A stretch of 64,000 nucleotides of DNA from Dysgonomonas sp. GTDB lineage: Bacteria > Bacteroidota > Bacteroidia > Bacteroidales > Dysgonomonadaceae. Each line of letters opens with the position of its first letter. Positions within the stretch are counted from its first letter, which is position 1. Location: assembly GCA_047974325.1 (NCBI GenBank), contig JBKECE010000237.1, forward strand, positions 2,323 through 66,322. Reading direction: 5' to 3'. Of this stretch, positions 1-10,800 are shown piece by piece. A model generated the notes under the pieces. It was not told the origin of the DNA, made no database searches, and saw nothing but the letters and a program-made list of their open reading frames with translations. Both the position numbers and the translations under genes were made by a program.

Positions 1-996
1 CAATACCAGTTCTGCTCTTGTTTTTTCTTTTAGTTGATAGGACAAATGTGTGGCGATATTATTCAAAAACAGAGCTTCGCCAGACAATTTCTGAGAAACA
101 AGGTTCATGATGTTTTGTTGCAGCAACAGCAGATTGTTAGCTGTTTCGTCTATTCTACCGATCAAAAATTCAGCAACGGCAGTCGGGGTTTTTGCTCTTG
201 TGTGAGCAACAATATCCAGAACAGTATCGTCACGTTCGTGTCCTATGCCGGTGATGATCGGTAGTGGAAATTGTGCACAATTGGCTGCAAGCAGATAAGA
301 ATCAAAATAACTGAGCTCGGAAGTTGCTCCGCCTCCACGGATGATGACTACGGCATCGTATAAATCAACCGATTCATAAATTTTTTCCAGAGCCGAGATA
401 ATGGAACGTTCGGTTCTTTCTCCCTGCATCACTGCCGGAAAAAGTCTTGTGTAGAAAACATATCCTTGCGGATTGAACTCCAATTGATTGCAAAAATCTT
501 CATATCCGGCTGCGGTTGGTGATGATATGATGGCGATTCTATTGGTTAGAATGGGCAGGATAAGTTCTTTGTTGAGTGTCAAAACGCCTTCTTCTTCCAA
601 TTGTTTCAGAATCAAAGCTCTGTTCCGTGCCTGATCACCCAAAGTGTAGCTCGGATCTATATCTTGTACATTTAGGCTGAAGCCGTACAACTCGTGGAAC
701 TCTACGCTAACCTGTACGAGTACCTTCAACCCCGAAGCAAAGCGCTGACCAGTTTCTTTTTCAAAATAAACTTTTAGTAATTTGTATGTGTTTGCCCATA
801 TACTTGCCCTTGATTTGGCTATTATGGATCGATTGCCTGCATCTTTTTCTATAAATTCGAGATAACAGTGTCCATTCTGGTTCTCACGTACATCACTGGT
901 TTCGGCTTTAATCCAAAAACTGCGAGGGAGAGTTTCGGAAAGAAGTCCCCTTATCAAATGATTGAGTTCATATAATGAGATTGCCGAATTGTCCAT
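1..996 (-). CDS. xseA: Exodeoxyribonuclease VII large subunit, N-terminal ~330 codons (3' end runs off the window)
   Basis: Absent from the ORF track because there is no stop in the window. My minus-strand translation from the ATG at 996..994 reads MDNSAISLYELNHLIRGLLSETLP... and further on ...AQFPLPIITGIGHERDDTVLDIVAHTRAKTPTAVAEF. This matches the XseA OB-fold N-terminus and the GIGHExD / TPTAxAE core signature. Confidence 0.85.
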   Translation of the reverse strand, partial: MDNSAISLYELNHLIRGLLSETLPRSFWIKAETSDVRENQNGHCYLEFIEKDAGNRSIIAKSRASIWANTYKLLKVYFEKETGQRFASGLKVLVQVSVEFHELYGFSLNVQDIDPSYTLGDQARNRALILKQLEEEGVLTLNKELILPILTNRIAIISSPTAAGYEDFCNQLEFNPQGYVFYTRLFPAVMQGERTERSIISALEKIYESVDLYDAVVIIRGGGATSELSYFDSYLLAANCAQFPLPIITGIGHERDDTVLDIVAHTRAKTPTAVAEFLIGRIDETANNLLLLQQNIMNLVSQKLSGEALFLNNIATHLSYQLKEKTRAELVL

Positions 997-1005
997 TGCC
1001 TGTGT

Positions 1006-2631
1006 TTAAAAAAAAGCTTTTATTCTTTCTGTAATATGTTGCCCGTTGATAACTATCAGATACACGTTTTTGCGATTCATTCCCAAATCGAAAGTGATTT
1101 CTGAAGAACAAGTTTCCGAGACCAATTCCGTACCTGAGACCGAGTAGATATTGACCTTAAACGACTCTTGATGCTGATTGCGTGGTCTGATAGTAACACG
1201 TCCATAGCTATCGGAGAGGATGGTAAAGTTTTCAGAAGTGGATGTTGTTATTCTGATGCTCGAAAAATCTTGAGCCAATTGTATGGCTTTTTCCATATCG
1301 GGCAATCCATAACCGTAATCATCATTCGGACTTGTGTAATAATTGCTCGATTGCTTTACGATATCGCATATTTGTTTATTTGTAAGTAGAGGGAAAGCCT
1401 GCCACAAGCAAGCTACCATGCCGCACATAATAGGGGAAGAATAGGATGTTCCGTTTCCGCTGGCTACTTGTCCGGTTGTATACATAATGATGCTGACATC
1501 TGCTCCTTTTGCCATGACATCAGGTTTTGTACGGAGATCGGACGAAGGACCTTGAGAAGAAAAACTCGCAAACAAAGAATCTTGCTTTACTGCTCCGACC
1601 GTTAATACCGATTGAGCATCAGCCGGTGCACCAATCTTGACCCAAGGCTTATTTCTTTCATTTCCGGCACTAGCCACAACTAACAAACCTTTTTGGGAAG
1701 CATAATCCGCACCTTGCGATATGAATGCTGTTTTGCCGTTCATGTCATTATATGTATAACTCTTTGCCGGAAAGTCATATAGAGTGTATCCAAGAGAAGT
1801 GTTTATCAGATCCGCTCCAATGCTGTCTGCATATTCGGCTGCTGCAACCCAATAATCCTCCTCTATGGGATATTCGGTGACGGCATCTTCGGAACGCAGA
1901 AGCCAGTAACCTGCGTTCGGGGCTGTTCCTATCAAAGTGTCGGGAATATTCGAAGCCATAGTGGACAACACATGTGTACCATGTGGATTGCTTGTGTAGA
2001 TGTCTCCTCCTTCGTATACAAAATCTTTAACTCCCAATATATTGATGTTCTTCAATTGATCTATCATAGGCAAGTTGCTGTAGCCTGCATCTATAATGGC
2101 TATTTGCATTCCTTCGCCTTTATATCCGGCCTCATGGAGTTTCTGACCGTTGTTCAGAGCAATCTGATCGTATCCATATCCATAGGGCGATGAATTTTTT
2201 ACTGATTTCACCATTTTTACTTCAGTGTTTGGTGTCTTATATTTTCTCGTAGCCGTTTCGCCACGCCAGACAAATGTTGCGCTTTTCACAAAAGGCAACA
2301 GCAACAATTGGTCTATTAGCAAAGAATCGGAACAATGCACGCTCACCGATTTCAACCATTTGCTTTTAGCAACAACCGTGCAACCCAAATTTTCGATCTG
2401 TGTGATATATGTGTCTGATATTGGTAGGTCTGATTCATCAATCGGAATATTTTGGCGAATGCGTCTGTCTATCGCACGTTGCGATAAGAAAGCTTCTGGA
2501 TTGTCTGTCGAAAAAGCGGAATTGTCACCCTTATCCGTCAACATCAGGCGAAATTTGTAATCATAATTTTGGGCGCTGAGTGAAAAAGAAGATAAAATGA
2601 AAGCAATGAGGAATATTCTGATTCTATACAT
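1006..2631 (-). CDS. Secreted subtilisin-family (S8) serine peptidase with T9SS-type C-terminal sorting domain
   Basis: Asp/His/Ser triad contexts are AIIDAGY, HGTHVLSTMA and GTSYSSPIMCGMVACL. The signal peptide MYRIRIFLIAFILSSFSLSAQ starts at the internal ATG 2631; the track ORF extends to 2742 but that extension is not signal-like. The last ~70 aa (FKVNIYSVSGTELV...VYLIVINGQHITERIKAFF) look like a Por/T9SS CTD. Confidence 0.85.
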   Translation of the reverse strand: MYRIRIFLIAFILSSFSLSAQNYDYKFRLMLTDKGDNSAFSTDNPEAFLSQRAIDRRIRQNIPIDESDLPISDTYITQIENLGCTVVAKSKWLKSVSVHCSDSLLIDQLLLLPFVKSATFVWRGETATRKYKTPNTEVKMVKSVKNSSPYGYGYDQIALNNGQKLHEAGYKGEGMQIAIIDAGYSNLPMIDQLKNINILGVKDFVYEGGDIYTSNPHGTHVLSTMASNIPDTLIGTAPNAGYWLLRSEDAVTEYPIEEDYWVAAAEYADSIGADLINTSLGYTLYDFPAKSYTYNDMNGKTAFISQGADYASQKGLLVVASAGNERNKPWVKIGAPADAQSVLTVGAVKQDSLFASFSSQGPSSDLRTKPDVMAKGADVSIIMYTTGQVASGNGTSYSSPIMCGMVACLWQAFPLLTNKQICDIVKQSSNYYTSPNDDYGYGLPDMEKAIQLAQDFSSIRITTSTSENFTILSDSYGRVTIRPRNQHQESFKVNIYSVSGTELVSETCSSEITFDLGMNRKNVYLIVINGQHITERIKAFF

Positions 2632-2726
2632 ACGGGTGCACCTCTTTTGGTTTTGAAACAAAAATAAGTATGAATTGTTATAAGTCCAAACTTTATAAAA
2701 GTAATTATACTTTCGCAAACTATTAT

Positions 2727-2734
2727 TATATTTG
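2727..2734 (+). promoter_or_regulatory. Candidate Bacteroidetes -7 promoter box (TATATTTG = TAnnTTTG) upstream of rpoN
   Basis: Exact TAnnTTTG match 27 nt upstream of the rpoN ATG. No clean TTTG -33 element at the expected spacing. Confidence 0.3.
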
Positions 2735-2760
2735 TATATCAAAAGATTCGATTCGTATTT

Positions 2761-4218
2761 ATGGCTCTAAAACAGCAATTACAACTCAAACAACAGCAAA
2801 AACTTTCTCCTCTTCAGATGCAGGTGATCAAACTCACTGAATTGCCTAGCCTCGAATTGGAAGACCGTATAAAGCAGGAACTTGAAGAGAATCCGGCTTT
2901 GGAAGAAGGTCATGACAGTGATGATGCAGATTTGATGGAGAATGATCCTGTTGAAAATGAAGGAGACGAAATTTCTCAGGACGAAATAACTCTGGGAGAC
3001 TACCTGAACGAAGAAGAAATTCCCGACTACAGATTGGCAGACAATAATCGCTCTGCGGCGGATAAGAGTGTAGATATTCCTTTTTCTGCTGCTGAGTCGC
3101 TTAACGAATCGTTGCTGGATCAATTGCATTTATGTGATTTGGATTCTAAAAAGGAAAAAATAGCAGAATACATTATCGGTAGCATTGACGAGAACGGTTA
3201 TCTGGACAGAGATCTGAACGCAATCTCTGACGATCTTTTGTTTCAACAAAATTTGGATGTTTCAACATCTGAATTGAACGAGATATTGACCATTGTCCAA
3301 CAGTTTGAACCTGCCGGCATAGCTGCTCGTAACTTGCAGGAATGTTTGCTGATACAACTGAAAAGACAGCATCAGGATGATGATGTGAAATTGGCTATAA
3401 AGATACTCACTGACTATTTTGACGAATTCTCGAAAAGGCATTTTGATAAGATACAGAAATCTCTTTCTATCAGTGAAGATAAGATGAAAGAGGTTATTCA
3501 GATGGTTACATCTTTGAATCCTAAACCCGGAAATGCGTGGGGCGATTCTTTTGCGTTGACCTCCGGCGCTATTGTGCCGGATTTTATTGTGGAAAGCCAA
3601 AATGGAGAGGTTTTTTTGTCTCTCAACAACCGGAGCATACCAGAGTTGAGAGTGAGTCGCGAATATTCTAATATGCTCCAAGGCTATAGTGAAAACAAAA
3701 AAAGCGTGTCGTCCGACACCAAAAATGCAGTTTTGTTTGTGAAGCAAAAATTAGATTCTGCACGTTGGTTCATCGAAGCTATCAAACAGCGGCAAGAGAC
3801 TTTGCGCCGGACGATGGAAGTGATTGTGGAATTGCAATATTATTTTTTCCTGACTGGCGATGAAACACGTTTACGTCCGATGATACTCAAAGATGTGGCG
3901 GAACTTTCCGGCTACGACATATCCACTATTTCGCGTGTGAGCAATAGCAAATATGTGCAGACAAGTTTTGGTGTATATCCGCTCAAATATTTTTTCTCCG
4001 AATCAATGAAAAATGATGAAGGTGAAGATATTTCGTCACGTGAAATAAAAGCAATTCTGAAGGAATGCATAGAAAGTGAAGATAAGAGAAAACCTCTCAC
4101 TGACGACAAACTATCTGAACTTTTGAAAGAAAAAGGTTATCTGATAGCACGGCGAACGGTGGCAAAGTATCGTGAACAGTTGGACATTCCTGTTGCCCGA
4201 TTAAGAAAAGAAATTTGA
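2761..4218 (+). CDS. rpoN: RNA polymerase sigma-54 factor
   Basis: N-terminal Gln/Leu-rich region I (MALKQQLQLKQQQKLSPLQMQVIKL), an acidic region II, and the C-terminal RpoN box ARRTVAKYREQLDIPVARLRK. Confidence 0.95.
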   Translation: MALKQQLQLKQQQKLSPLQMQVIKLTELPSLELEDRIKQELEENPALEEGHDSDDADLMENDPVENEGDEISQDEITLGDYLNEEEIPDYRLADNNRSAADKSVDIPFSAAESLNESLLDQLHLCDLDSKKEKIAEYIIGSIDENGYLDRDLNAISDDLLFQQNLDVSTSELNEILTIVQQFEPAGIAARNLQECLLIQLKRQHQDDDVKLAIKILTDYFDEFSKRHFDKIQKSLSISEDKMKEVIQMVTSLNPKPGNAWGDSFALTSGAIVPDFIVESQNGEVFLSLNNRSIPELRVSREYSNMLQGYSENKKSVSSDTKNAVLFVKQKLDSARWFIEAIKQRQETLRRTMEVIVELQYYFFLTGDETRLRPMILKDVAELSGYDISTISRVSNSKYVQTSFGVYPLKYFFSESMKNDEGEDISSREIKAILKECIESEDKRKPLTDDKLSELLKEKGYLIARRTVAKYREQLDIPVARLRKEI

Positions 4219-5147
4219 AAAAAGAGGAAATGGATCGGTCTCCAATGGTTTCAGTCATATTGCCAAGTTACAATCATGCTCCGTATCTCAAAGAACGGAT
4301 CGATTCTGTTTTGAATCAGACATACCGTGATTTTGAGCTTATTATTCTCGATGATAAATCGCCCGATAACAGTCGTACGATTATAGAACAATATAGAGAC
4401 AACCCTTTGGTGTCACAGATTGTCTATAACGAAGAAAACTCAGGTTCAACTTTTTTTCAGTGGGATAAAGGCATACGATTGGCAAAGGGTAAATATATCT
4501 GGATTGCCGAGAGTGATGATGTTGCCGATCCGCATCTTTTGCAAACGCTCTATGACAATATTGTGGCAAATAACGCAGTTTTGTCATATTGCCAATCCTA
4601 CAAAATAGATAAGGATAGCAATGTATATGGTGATTGGAGTGATTATACTCAAAAATATGCGCCGGAACTTTTTTCTCACGATTTTGCGATGGATGGAATG
4701 GAGTTTCTGAAAAAATATTTTCTGATCAAAAATTTTGTACCAAACACAAGTGCAGTTCTTTTCAGTAAAGATTCTTTTCTGAAAACCGGAGGTGTGGAGG
4801 TGAATGTTGGTTATATAACAGATTGGCTGTGTTGGCAAAAAATACTGACTACCGGAAAAATTGTATTTTCACATCAAAAGCTTAATTATTATAGAAATCA
4901 CGAACAAAGCGTTGTGGCTTTGCTGTGGAGTGATTCAAAAAAACTGATACATAAAAGGCCGCATATCGATATGAGGGTGGCGTTCAAAAAATTTCTGAAA
5001 GAAAATGTTCACGACAAAGGATTATATCGGAAAAACAAAAAATTTCTTGTGCGTAACTGTCTCGAAGAAGCCTATTTTTTGTTTCGCCATAAAAAAATAA
5101 GTCAAGGTATAAAATATTGCCTTCTATCTGTGAAATATATGCTTTAA
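4215..5147 (+). CDS. Family 2 glycosyltransferase
   Basis: GT2 N-terminal signature VSVILPSYNHAPYLKERIDSVLNQTYRDFELIILDDKSPDNS, plus the acidic ESDD motif in IWIAESDDV. The track start 4215 is TTG and overlaps the rpoN stop; ATG 4230 (MDRSPMVSVI...) is an equally plausible start. Confidence 0.85.
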   Translation: MKKEEMDRSPMVSVILPSYNHAPYLKERIDSVLNQTYRDFELIILDDKSPDNSRTIIEQYRDNPLVSQIVYNEENSGSTFFQWDKGIRLAKGKYIWIAESDDVADPHLLQTLYDNIVANNAVLSYCQSYKIDKDSNVYGDWSDYTQKYAPELFSHDFAMDGMEFLKKYFLIKNFVPNTSAVLFSKDSFLKTGGVEVNVGYITDWLCWQKILTTGKIVFSHQKLNYYRNHEQSVVALLWSDSKKLIHKRPHIDMRVAFKKFLKENVHDKGLYRKNKKFLVRNCLEEAYFLFRHKKISQGIKYCLLSVKYML

Positions 5148-5165
5148 AAAGCTTAGTTTAGTAGA

Positions 5166-5789
5166 ATGAAAACAGGTCACATAATAGCTCAAATTTTTTC
5201 GGTTGTTTTTCAGCCACTTTTCATGTCTTTCTATGGCGTGTTGCTGTTGTTTTACTATACTAATTTTTTTTTCTTCTATGCGAACATGACTTGGTTTATA
5301 TTGGGAACGGTTTTGTTATTCACCTGCTTGATTCCCATGTTGTTTATCCTGTCGTTGCGCATGTCGGGAGTGGTTAAAGATTATACACTATCCGAAAAGA
5401 AAGAGCGACATCTGCCCTATATTATTTGTCTGCTTTCCAACATTGCTTTGGTTGTCTATCTGTATAATGTGAATTTGCAGATTTGGTTTTTAGGGCTGCT
5501 GGCAGCACCTGTTCTGGTATTGCTGATTGGGTTTATTGTCAATTTCTTTTGGAAAATAAGCGCCCATATGCTGGGAATCGGAGGGCTGATTGGTGGACTG
5601 ATGTCGGTTTGTGTAAATGTGAACAAGCAAAATCCTTTTCTTTTGTTTATGCTATTGTTTATATTAGCAGGATGTCTGGGTGTTTCACGTTTATACCTCA
5701 AAAGACACACTCCGGCGCAAGTTTATATCGGCTTTGGGGCAGGGTTTCTTGCCGCATATTTTGTTGTCTGGTTAAGTGCCAATTTATAG
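5166..5789 (+). CDS. Polytopic membrane protein, PAP2 (acid phosphatase/lipid phosphatase)-like
   Basis: About 6 hydrophobic helices. Degenerate PAP2 motifs: KISAHMLGIGG (SGH-like) and SRLYLKRHTPAQV (SRxxxxxHxxx). Function assigned from motif resemblance only. Confidence 0.45.
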   Translation: MKTGHIIAQIFSVVFQPLFMSFYGVLLLFYYTNFFFFYANMTWFILGTVLLFTCLIPMLFILSLRMSGVVKDYTLSEKKERHLPYIICLLSNIALVVYLYNVNLQIWFLGLLAAPVLVLLIGFIVNFFWKISAHMLGIGGLIGGLMSVCVNVNKQNPFLLFMLLFILAGCLGVSRLYLKRHTPAQVYIGFGAGFLAAYFVVWLSANL

Positions 5790-5831
5790 TGTACATATTC
5801 AATATTGTTAATATATAAAAAAATAAAGATC

Positions 5832-6212
5832 ATGAAATTTCCTGAAAATTTAAAGTATTCTAACGATCATGAGTGGATTCGTGTCGAGGGTGATGTAGCA
5901 TACGTAGGCATAACAGACTATGCGCAACGCGAGTTGGGTGAGATTGTATACGTGGACATCACCACAGAGGGAGATTCGGTGGACAAGGGCGATATTTTTG
6001 GAAGTATCGAAGCTGTAAAAACAGTTTCCGATTTGTTTTTGCCTGTTGGAGGAACCATTCTTGAAGTGAATCCTGAATTGGAAGATGCGCCCCAGTTGGT
6101 GAATCAGTATCCTTACGAAAAAGGATGGATTGTGAAGATTTCTGTGGCTGCTCCTGAAGAATTAGATGATCTGTTATCTGCTAGCGCTTATCAGGCTCTA
6201 ATAGGATTGTAA
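5832..6212 (+). CDS. gcvH: Glycine cleavage system H protein
   Basis: [32 protein letters not shown] and the lipoyl-lysine motif [11 protein letters not shown]. The ATG at 5832 gives the canonical ~126 aa length; the track start 5805 adds 9 non-conserved residues. Confidence 0.93.
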   Translation: MKFPENLKYSNDHEWIRVEGDVAYVGITDYAQRELGEIVYVDITTEGDSVDKGDIFGSIEAVKTVSDLFLPVGGTILEVNPELEDAPQLVNQYPYEKGWIVKISVAAPEELDDLLSASAYQALIGL

Positions 6213-6260
6213 TCTCATGCTCGGATGCAGGCGAAATTTTTAATAACTAACTTTAGATAA

Positions 6261-6767
6261 ATGAATCCAGTTGTAAGTATAATAATGGGCAGCACTTCCG
6301 ACTTGTCGGTGATGGAGAAAGCAGCAAAGTTTTTTGACGAAATGGAAATCCCTTTCGAGATGAATGCTTTATCAGCTCATAGAACTCCTGCTGAAGTGGA
6401 AGTTTTTGCGAAAAACGCCCAATCCAGAGGCGTCAAGGTGATCATAGCTGCCGCAGGAATGGCAGCTCATTTGCCCGGTGTTATTGCCTCAATGACAACT
6501 TTGCCTGTGATAGGGGTTCCAATCAACTCTTCGCTCGATGGAATGGATGCTTTGCTTGCTATAGTACAAATGCCTCCGGGAATACCTGTGGCAACTGTTG
6601 GGATTAACGGGGCATTGAATGCCGCAATTTTGTCATTGCAGATGATGGCTGCAGGTGATGCTTCCCTACAAACGAAATTGACTGACTATAAGAATGGACT
6701 GAAGGATAAAATAGTGAAAGCTAACGAAGATTTGGCAAAGGTCAGCTATAAATTCAAAACTAACTAA
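6261..6767 (+). CDS. purE: N5-carboxyaminoimidazole ribonucleotide mutase
   Basis: VSIIMGSTSDLSVMEKA...LSAHRTP...IIAAAGMAAHLPGV...PVIGVP are classic PurE motifs. The ~168 aa length fits. Confidence 0.95.
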   Translation: MNPVVSIIMGSTSDLSVMEKAAKFFDEMEIPFEMNALSAHRTPAEVEVFAKNAQSRGVKVIIAAAGMAAHLPGVIASMTTLPVIGVPINSSLDGMDALLAIVQMPPGIPVATVGINGALNAAILSLQMMAAGDASLQTKLTDYKNGLKDKIVKANEDLAKVSYKFKTN

Positions 6768-6783
6768 CTCTTGTTTATACGAA

Positions 6784-7386
6784 ATGGAAAAACAAGAAAT
6801 GATAGATATTTTGAAAGTTGAAGCAAGTGCAATCATGAATATTCCCATAACGGAAGCATATAACATTGCAACTGATCTTATCGTGCAACAAATACATGAA
6901 AAGAAAGGAAAACTTGTTACCTGCGGTATGGGAAAAGCGGGGCAGATAGCTCAAAACATTGCTACAACTTTTAGTTCGACGGGAACACCGGCCATTTTTT
7001 TACATCCAAGTGAAGCTCAGCATGGAGATTTGGGTGTGTTGCAGGAAAATGACTTGATGATCGTGATCTCTAATTCGGGTAAGACAAGAGAAATCATAGA
7101 ATTGCTCAGTCTAGCTAGGCATTTGATTCCCGAGATAAAATTTATTGTTATCACTAGTGATGGGGAAAGTCTCTTAGCAGCCAAAGCTGATGTGTGCATT
7201 CTCACAGGCAATCCTGATGAAGTTTGTGCATTGGGGCTGACTCCGACAACATCCACCACCGTGATGACTGTGATTGGTGATCTTTTGGTAGTGAATACGA
7301 TGAAGAGAATCGGTTTTAAACTTTCCGACTATGCAGCTCGGCATCATGGAGGATATTTGGGTGATAAATCGAGGAGTTTGATATAG
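6784..7386 (+). CDS. SIS-domain sugar-phosphate isomerase, KpsF/GutQ-like but without CBS pair
   Basis: CGMGKAGQIAQNIATTFSSTGTPAIFLHPSEAQHGDLGVL...VISNSGKTREI matches the KpsF/KdsD SIS core. The protein ends after ~200 aa with no CBS domains. Confidence 0.8.
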   Translation: MEKQEMIDILKVEASAIMNIPITEAYNIATDLIVQQIHEKKGKLVTCGMGKAGQIAQNIATTFSSTGTPAIFLHPSEAQHGDLGVLQENDLMIVISNSGKTREIIELLSLARHLIPEIKFIVITSDGESLLAAKADVCILTGNPDEVCALGLTPTTSTTVMTVIGDLLVVNTMKRIGFKLSDYAARHHGGYLGDKSRSLI

Positions 7387-7407
7387 AAAACTTTTGGTTT
7401 GAATAAC

Positions 7408-7442
7408 AAAAAGGTCTTTAGCTTCTGCTAAAGACCTTTTTT
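7408..7442 (+). terminator. Rho-independent terminator after the gcvH-purE-SIS unit
   Basis: Perfect 13-bp stem aaaggtctttagc / gctaaagaccttt with loop ttct, followed by a T run. Confidence 0.7.
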
Positions 7443-7443
7443 G

Positions 7444-7451
7444 TATCTTTG
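7444..7451 (+). promoter_or_regulatory. Candidate -7 box (TATCTTTG) for the SUI1/helicase unit
   Basis: Exact TAnnTTTG match 24 nt upstream of the ATG at 7475, immediately after the terminator. Confidence 0.3.
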
Positions 7452-7474
7452 ATTCAGATTAATAAGATTTAAAT

Positions 7475-7828
7475 ATGGCAAAAAATAATAATAATGATTG
7501 GAAAGACCGATTGAATATGGTCTATTCAACCAACCCTGACTTTAAATTCGAGACTTCAGAGGAAGATAATGCAGAAACCATAGCTAAGGAAAAGCAGCAA
7601 CTTCGGATTTCGCTCGATAAGCGTAACCGTAAAGGTAAAGCTGTGACCCTTATCACCGGATTCATCGGTTCTGGTGATGATTTGGAAGCTCTTGGGAAAT
7701 TTCTCAAAGTGCGATGTGGTGTAGGCGGTAGCGCCAAGGATGGGGAAATAATTATTCAGGGCGATTTCAGGACAAAAATTCAGGAATTGCTCCAGAAAGA
7801 AGGTTATGCAAAAGCACGGATCATCTGA
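7475..7828 (+). CDS. yciH: Translation initiation factor SUI1/eIF-1 family protein (YciH-like)
   Basis: RISLDKRNRKGKAVTLITGF...LKVRCGVGGSAKDGEIIIQGDFRTKIQELL is the SUI1 fold signature. The ~117 aa size fits. Confidence 0.85.
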   Translation: MAKNNNNDWKDRLNMVYSTNPDFKFETSEEDNAETIAKEKQQLRISLDKRNRKGKAVTLITGFIGSGDDLEALGKFLKVRCGVGGSAKDGEIIIQGDFRTKIQELLQKEGYAKARII

Positions 7829-10800
7829 AAAAGCGAATCTGACGGTTTACAGAGCCTCGGCCGGTTCGGGTAAAACACACCAATTGACCGGTGAATTTCT
7901 CCGCCTGCTTTTTTCTGCACCGTATGCCTATCGTCATATTCTGGCCGTAACTTTTACGAATAAAGCTACGGACGAGATGAAAAGCCGTATTGTTGAAGAA
8001 CTTTCAAACCTGGCATCTGGCCGACCTTCCGATTATATTGAAAAACTCCGTTCATCCAGACATAATTCGGAAGAACTGATCCGTGAAACCGCCCGCACTA
8101 TTCTCATTCATATTCTTCACGATTATTCAGCTTTCTCGATTAGCACGATCGACCGTTTTTTTCAACAGGCAATGCGTGCTTTTGCCCGTGAATTGGGCTT
8201 AGGTGGTGGATACAATGTCGAATTGGATACGGATAAAGTCTTAAGTGAAGCCATTGATTCAATGTTGTATGATCTGGAAAAAAAAGGTAATAAGCAATTG
8301 CTTGACTGGCTCATCCGTTTTTCGGAGGAAAAGGTAGAAAGTGGCGAAACGTGGAACATTAAGGCCGACATCCGTTCTCTTTCGTCCGAAATATTCAAGG
8401 AAAGCTACAAAGCATTCAGTGACGATGTCCAAGAAGATATTGCCGACAAAGAACTCATGGACGACTATAAGAAGATGCTTCTTTCCTATATCCGTCTTTA
8501 TGAGAATCAATCGCGGCAAATTGGCGAAAAAGGATTGAATATAATGGATCGTTTCAATCTCAAAGTAGATGATTTTAAAGGTGGCGCACGGTCACCGTTT
8601 GGTAATTTTCTGAAATGGGCAAAAGGTGAAATAAAAGAACCGACCGACACTTTCCTCCGATTGATGGGTGATGTATCAGTCTGGTATACAAAAACAACTC
8701 CAGCCGACACAAAATATAAGATAGAAGAGGCGTTTTCATCGGGATTGAATGAATGTGTCTGCGACATCATATCACACTATGAAGATGCACTTAACTATCA
8801 AACTGCCTACGAAATCAATCGTTATTTTTTCACGCTTGGCATATTGGGTGATGTGGATAGGAAAATCCGCGAATATGCTGTCGAAAATAATATAATGCTG
8901 ATTTCAGACACAACCGAACTGTTGAATAAGATAACAAAAGAGACGGATACACCGTTTGTTTATGAAAAAATAGGCACATACATCGATCATTATATGATCG
9001 ACGAGTTTCAGGATACGTCCAACATGCAATGGACAAATTTTTCTCCACTCATCAAAGACAGCCTTGCTGCCGGAAAAGCCAATCTCATTGTTGGAGATGT
9101 GAAGCAGAGCATATATCGCTGGCGAAATTCAGACTGGAATCTGCTTGACGAACAGTTGGATATTGATTTCCGGAATGAAGGAATTAACCACCAAACACTT
9201 GATGTCAATTGGCGAAGTCTGCCCAATGTTGTCGATTTTAATAATGCCGTTTTTTCGCAAGGTTCGAGCCTCCTGCAAGCATTGTATAACAACGATTTGC
9301 CAGAAGATCTGGTTGATAACAAACTGATGTCTTTTCGGTCTAAGATATTGAAAGCTTATAAAGGCTCATACCAGCAGCTTCCACTAAAAAAAATGACTGA
9401 AACAGGACGTGTAGAAGTCAGTTTTATTGATCGGGACGAATTTCCGGATTGGCAGCAGAGGTCGCTCGAGCAGCTGCCCGTTGTCATCGAACAAATGCAG
9501 GACAAAGGCTATTCGCTCAAGGATATTGCAATATTGGTGAGAACTAAAAAAGAGGGTGCTGACGTTGCCACTACTTTGCTGGAATATAAAGACAAGCATC
9601 CCGGATCAAAATATAAATATGACATCATTTCCGATGAAGCATTGTTTCTGAATGCATCAAAGAGTATAAAACTGATCATATCTTTGCTTCGATACTTACA
9701 AAAACCGTCAGACATATCGTTCAAAACATTAGCTGTATATGAATATTATAAATTCACCAACCAACTGAATGCAGAAGATGCATTGAATCTTTATTTCTCC
9801 GTTTCACAGGACTTTCCGGTTGATATTTCCGTTCAATTGGCTCATATAAGAGAACTTCCGTTGTACGAAATGGTAGAAGAGATATTTAACCTTTTTCGTG
9901 ATGCGATGGAAGAGAATGAAAATGTATATATTCAGGCTTTTCTGGATACAATACTCGATTTTACCGTCCGTCACATTTCAGATCTTGATTCTTTTTTGCA
10001 ATGGTGGGACGAGTCAGGAGTGCGGAAAACTATATTTACACCTGATGGACAAGATGCTGTCCGTATAATGACCATTCATAAATCGAAAGGACTCGGATTC
10101 AACGTTGTTTTATTACCTTTCTGCAACTGGGATTTAGATCATAAATTGACAACAATTCTCTGGTGCCATCCAAAGCAGGAACCTTTCAACAAGCTACATC
10201 TTGTTCCTGTGAAATATTCTCAGAAACTGAAAAAAACGATCTTTGAATTTGAATATTTTGATGAACGCCTACATGCCTTTGTAGATAATCTGAATGTTTT
10301 GTATGTAGCATTCACTCGTGCAAAGAAAGAATTGATCGCATTTGCACCTAAACCGAAAGAAAGAGATGACTTGTTGAATACTTCCACTTTGTTGTGGCAC
10401 TGCATCAACAAGTCAATCGGGATAGAAGAAACGGAAGATAAAAAAACGATTGATCTTTCAGTATATTATGACGATGAGAACGGTGTTTTTGAATTGGGAA
10501 GAGATTATATTCCGAGAGAAAAACAGACTCAAAAAACATTGGTGGAGGAAATTCCTGCTGGCACATTGGTAAATATTCCTTTCGATGAAAGATTGAAATT
10601 ACGTCTCAAAAACAGGTACTATTTTTCCGATAATGGCCAACGTGATTATGGAACAATGATGCACGAGATACTTAGCAGAGTGGAGTCTGTTTCGGATATC
10701 GAAGCAGCCGTAGAGGTTTATTGCTTCGATGGTATGATCACATCTGCCGAAAAACAAAAAATATTGGATGAATTGGACTCTTTTCTCAACAATCCACAAG

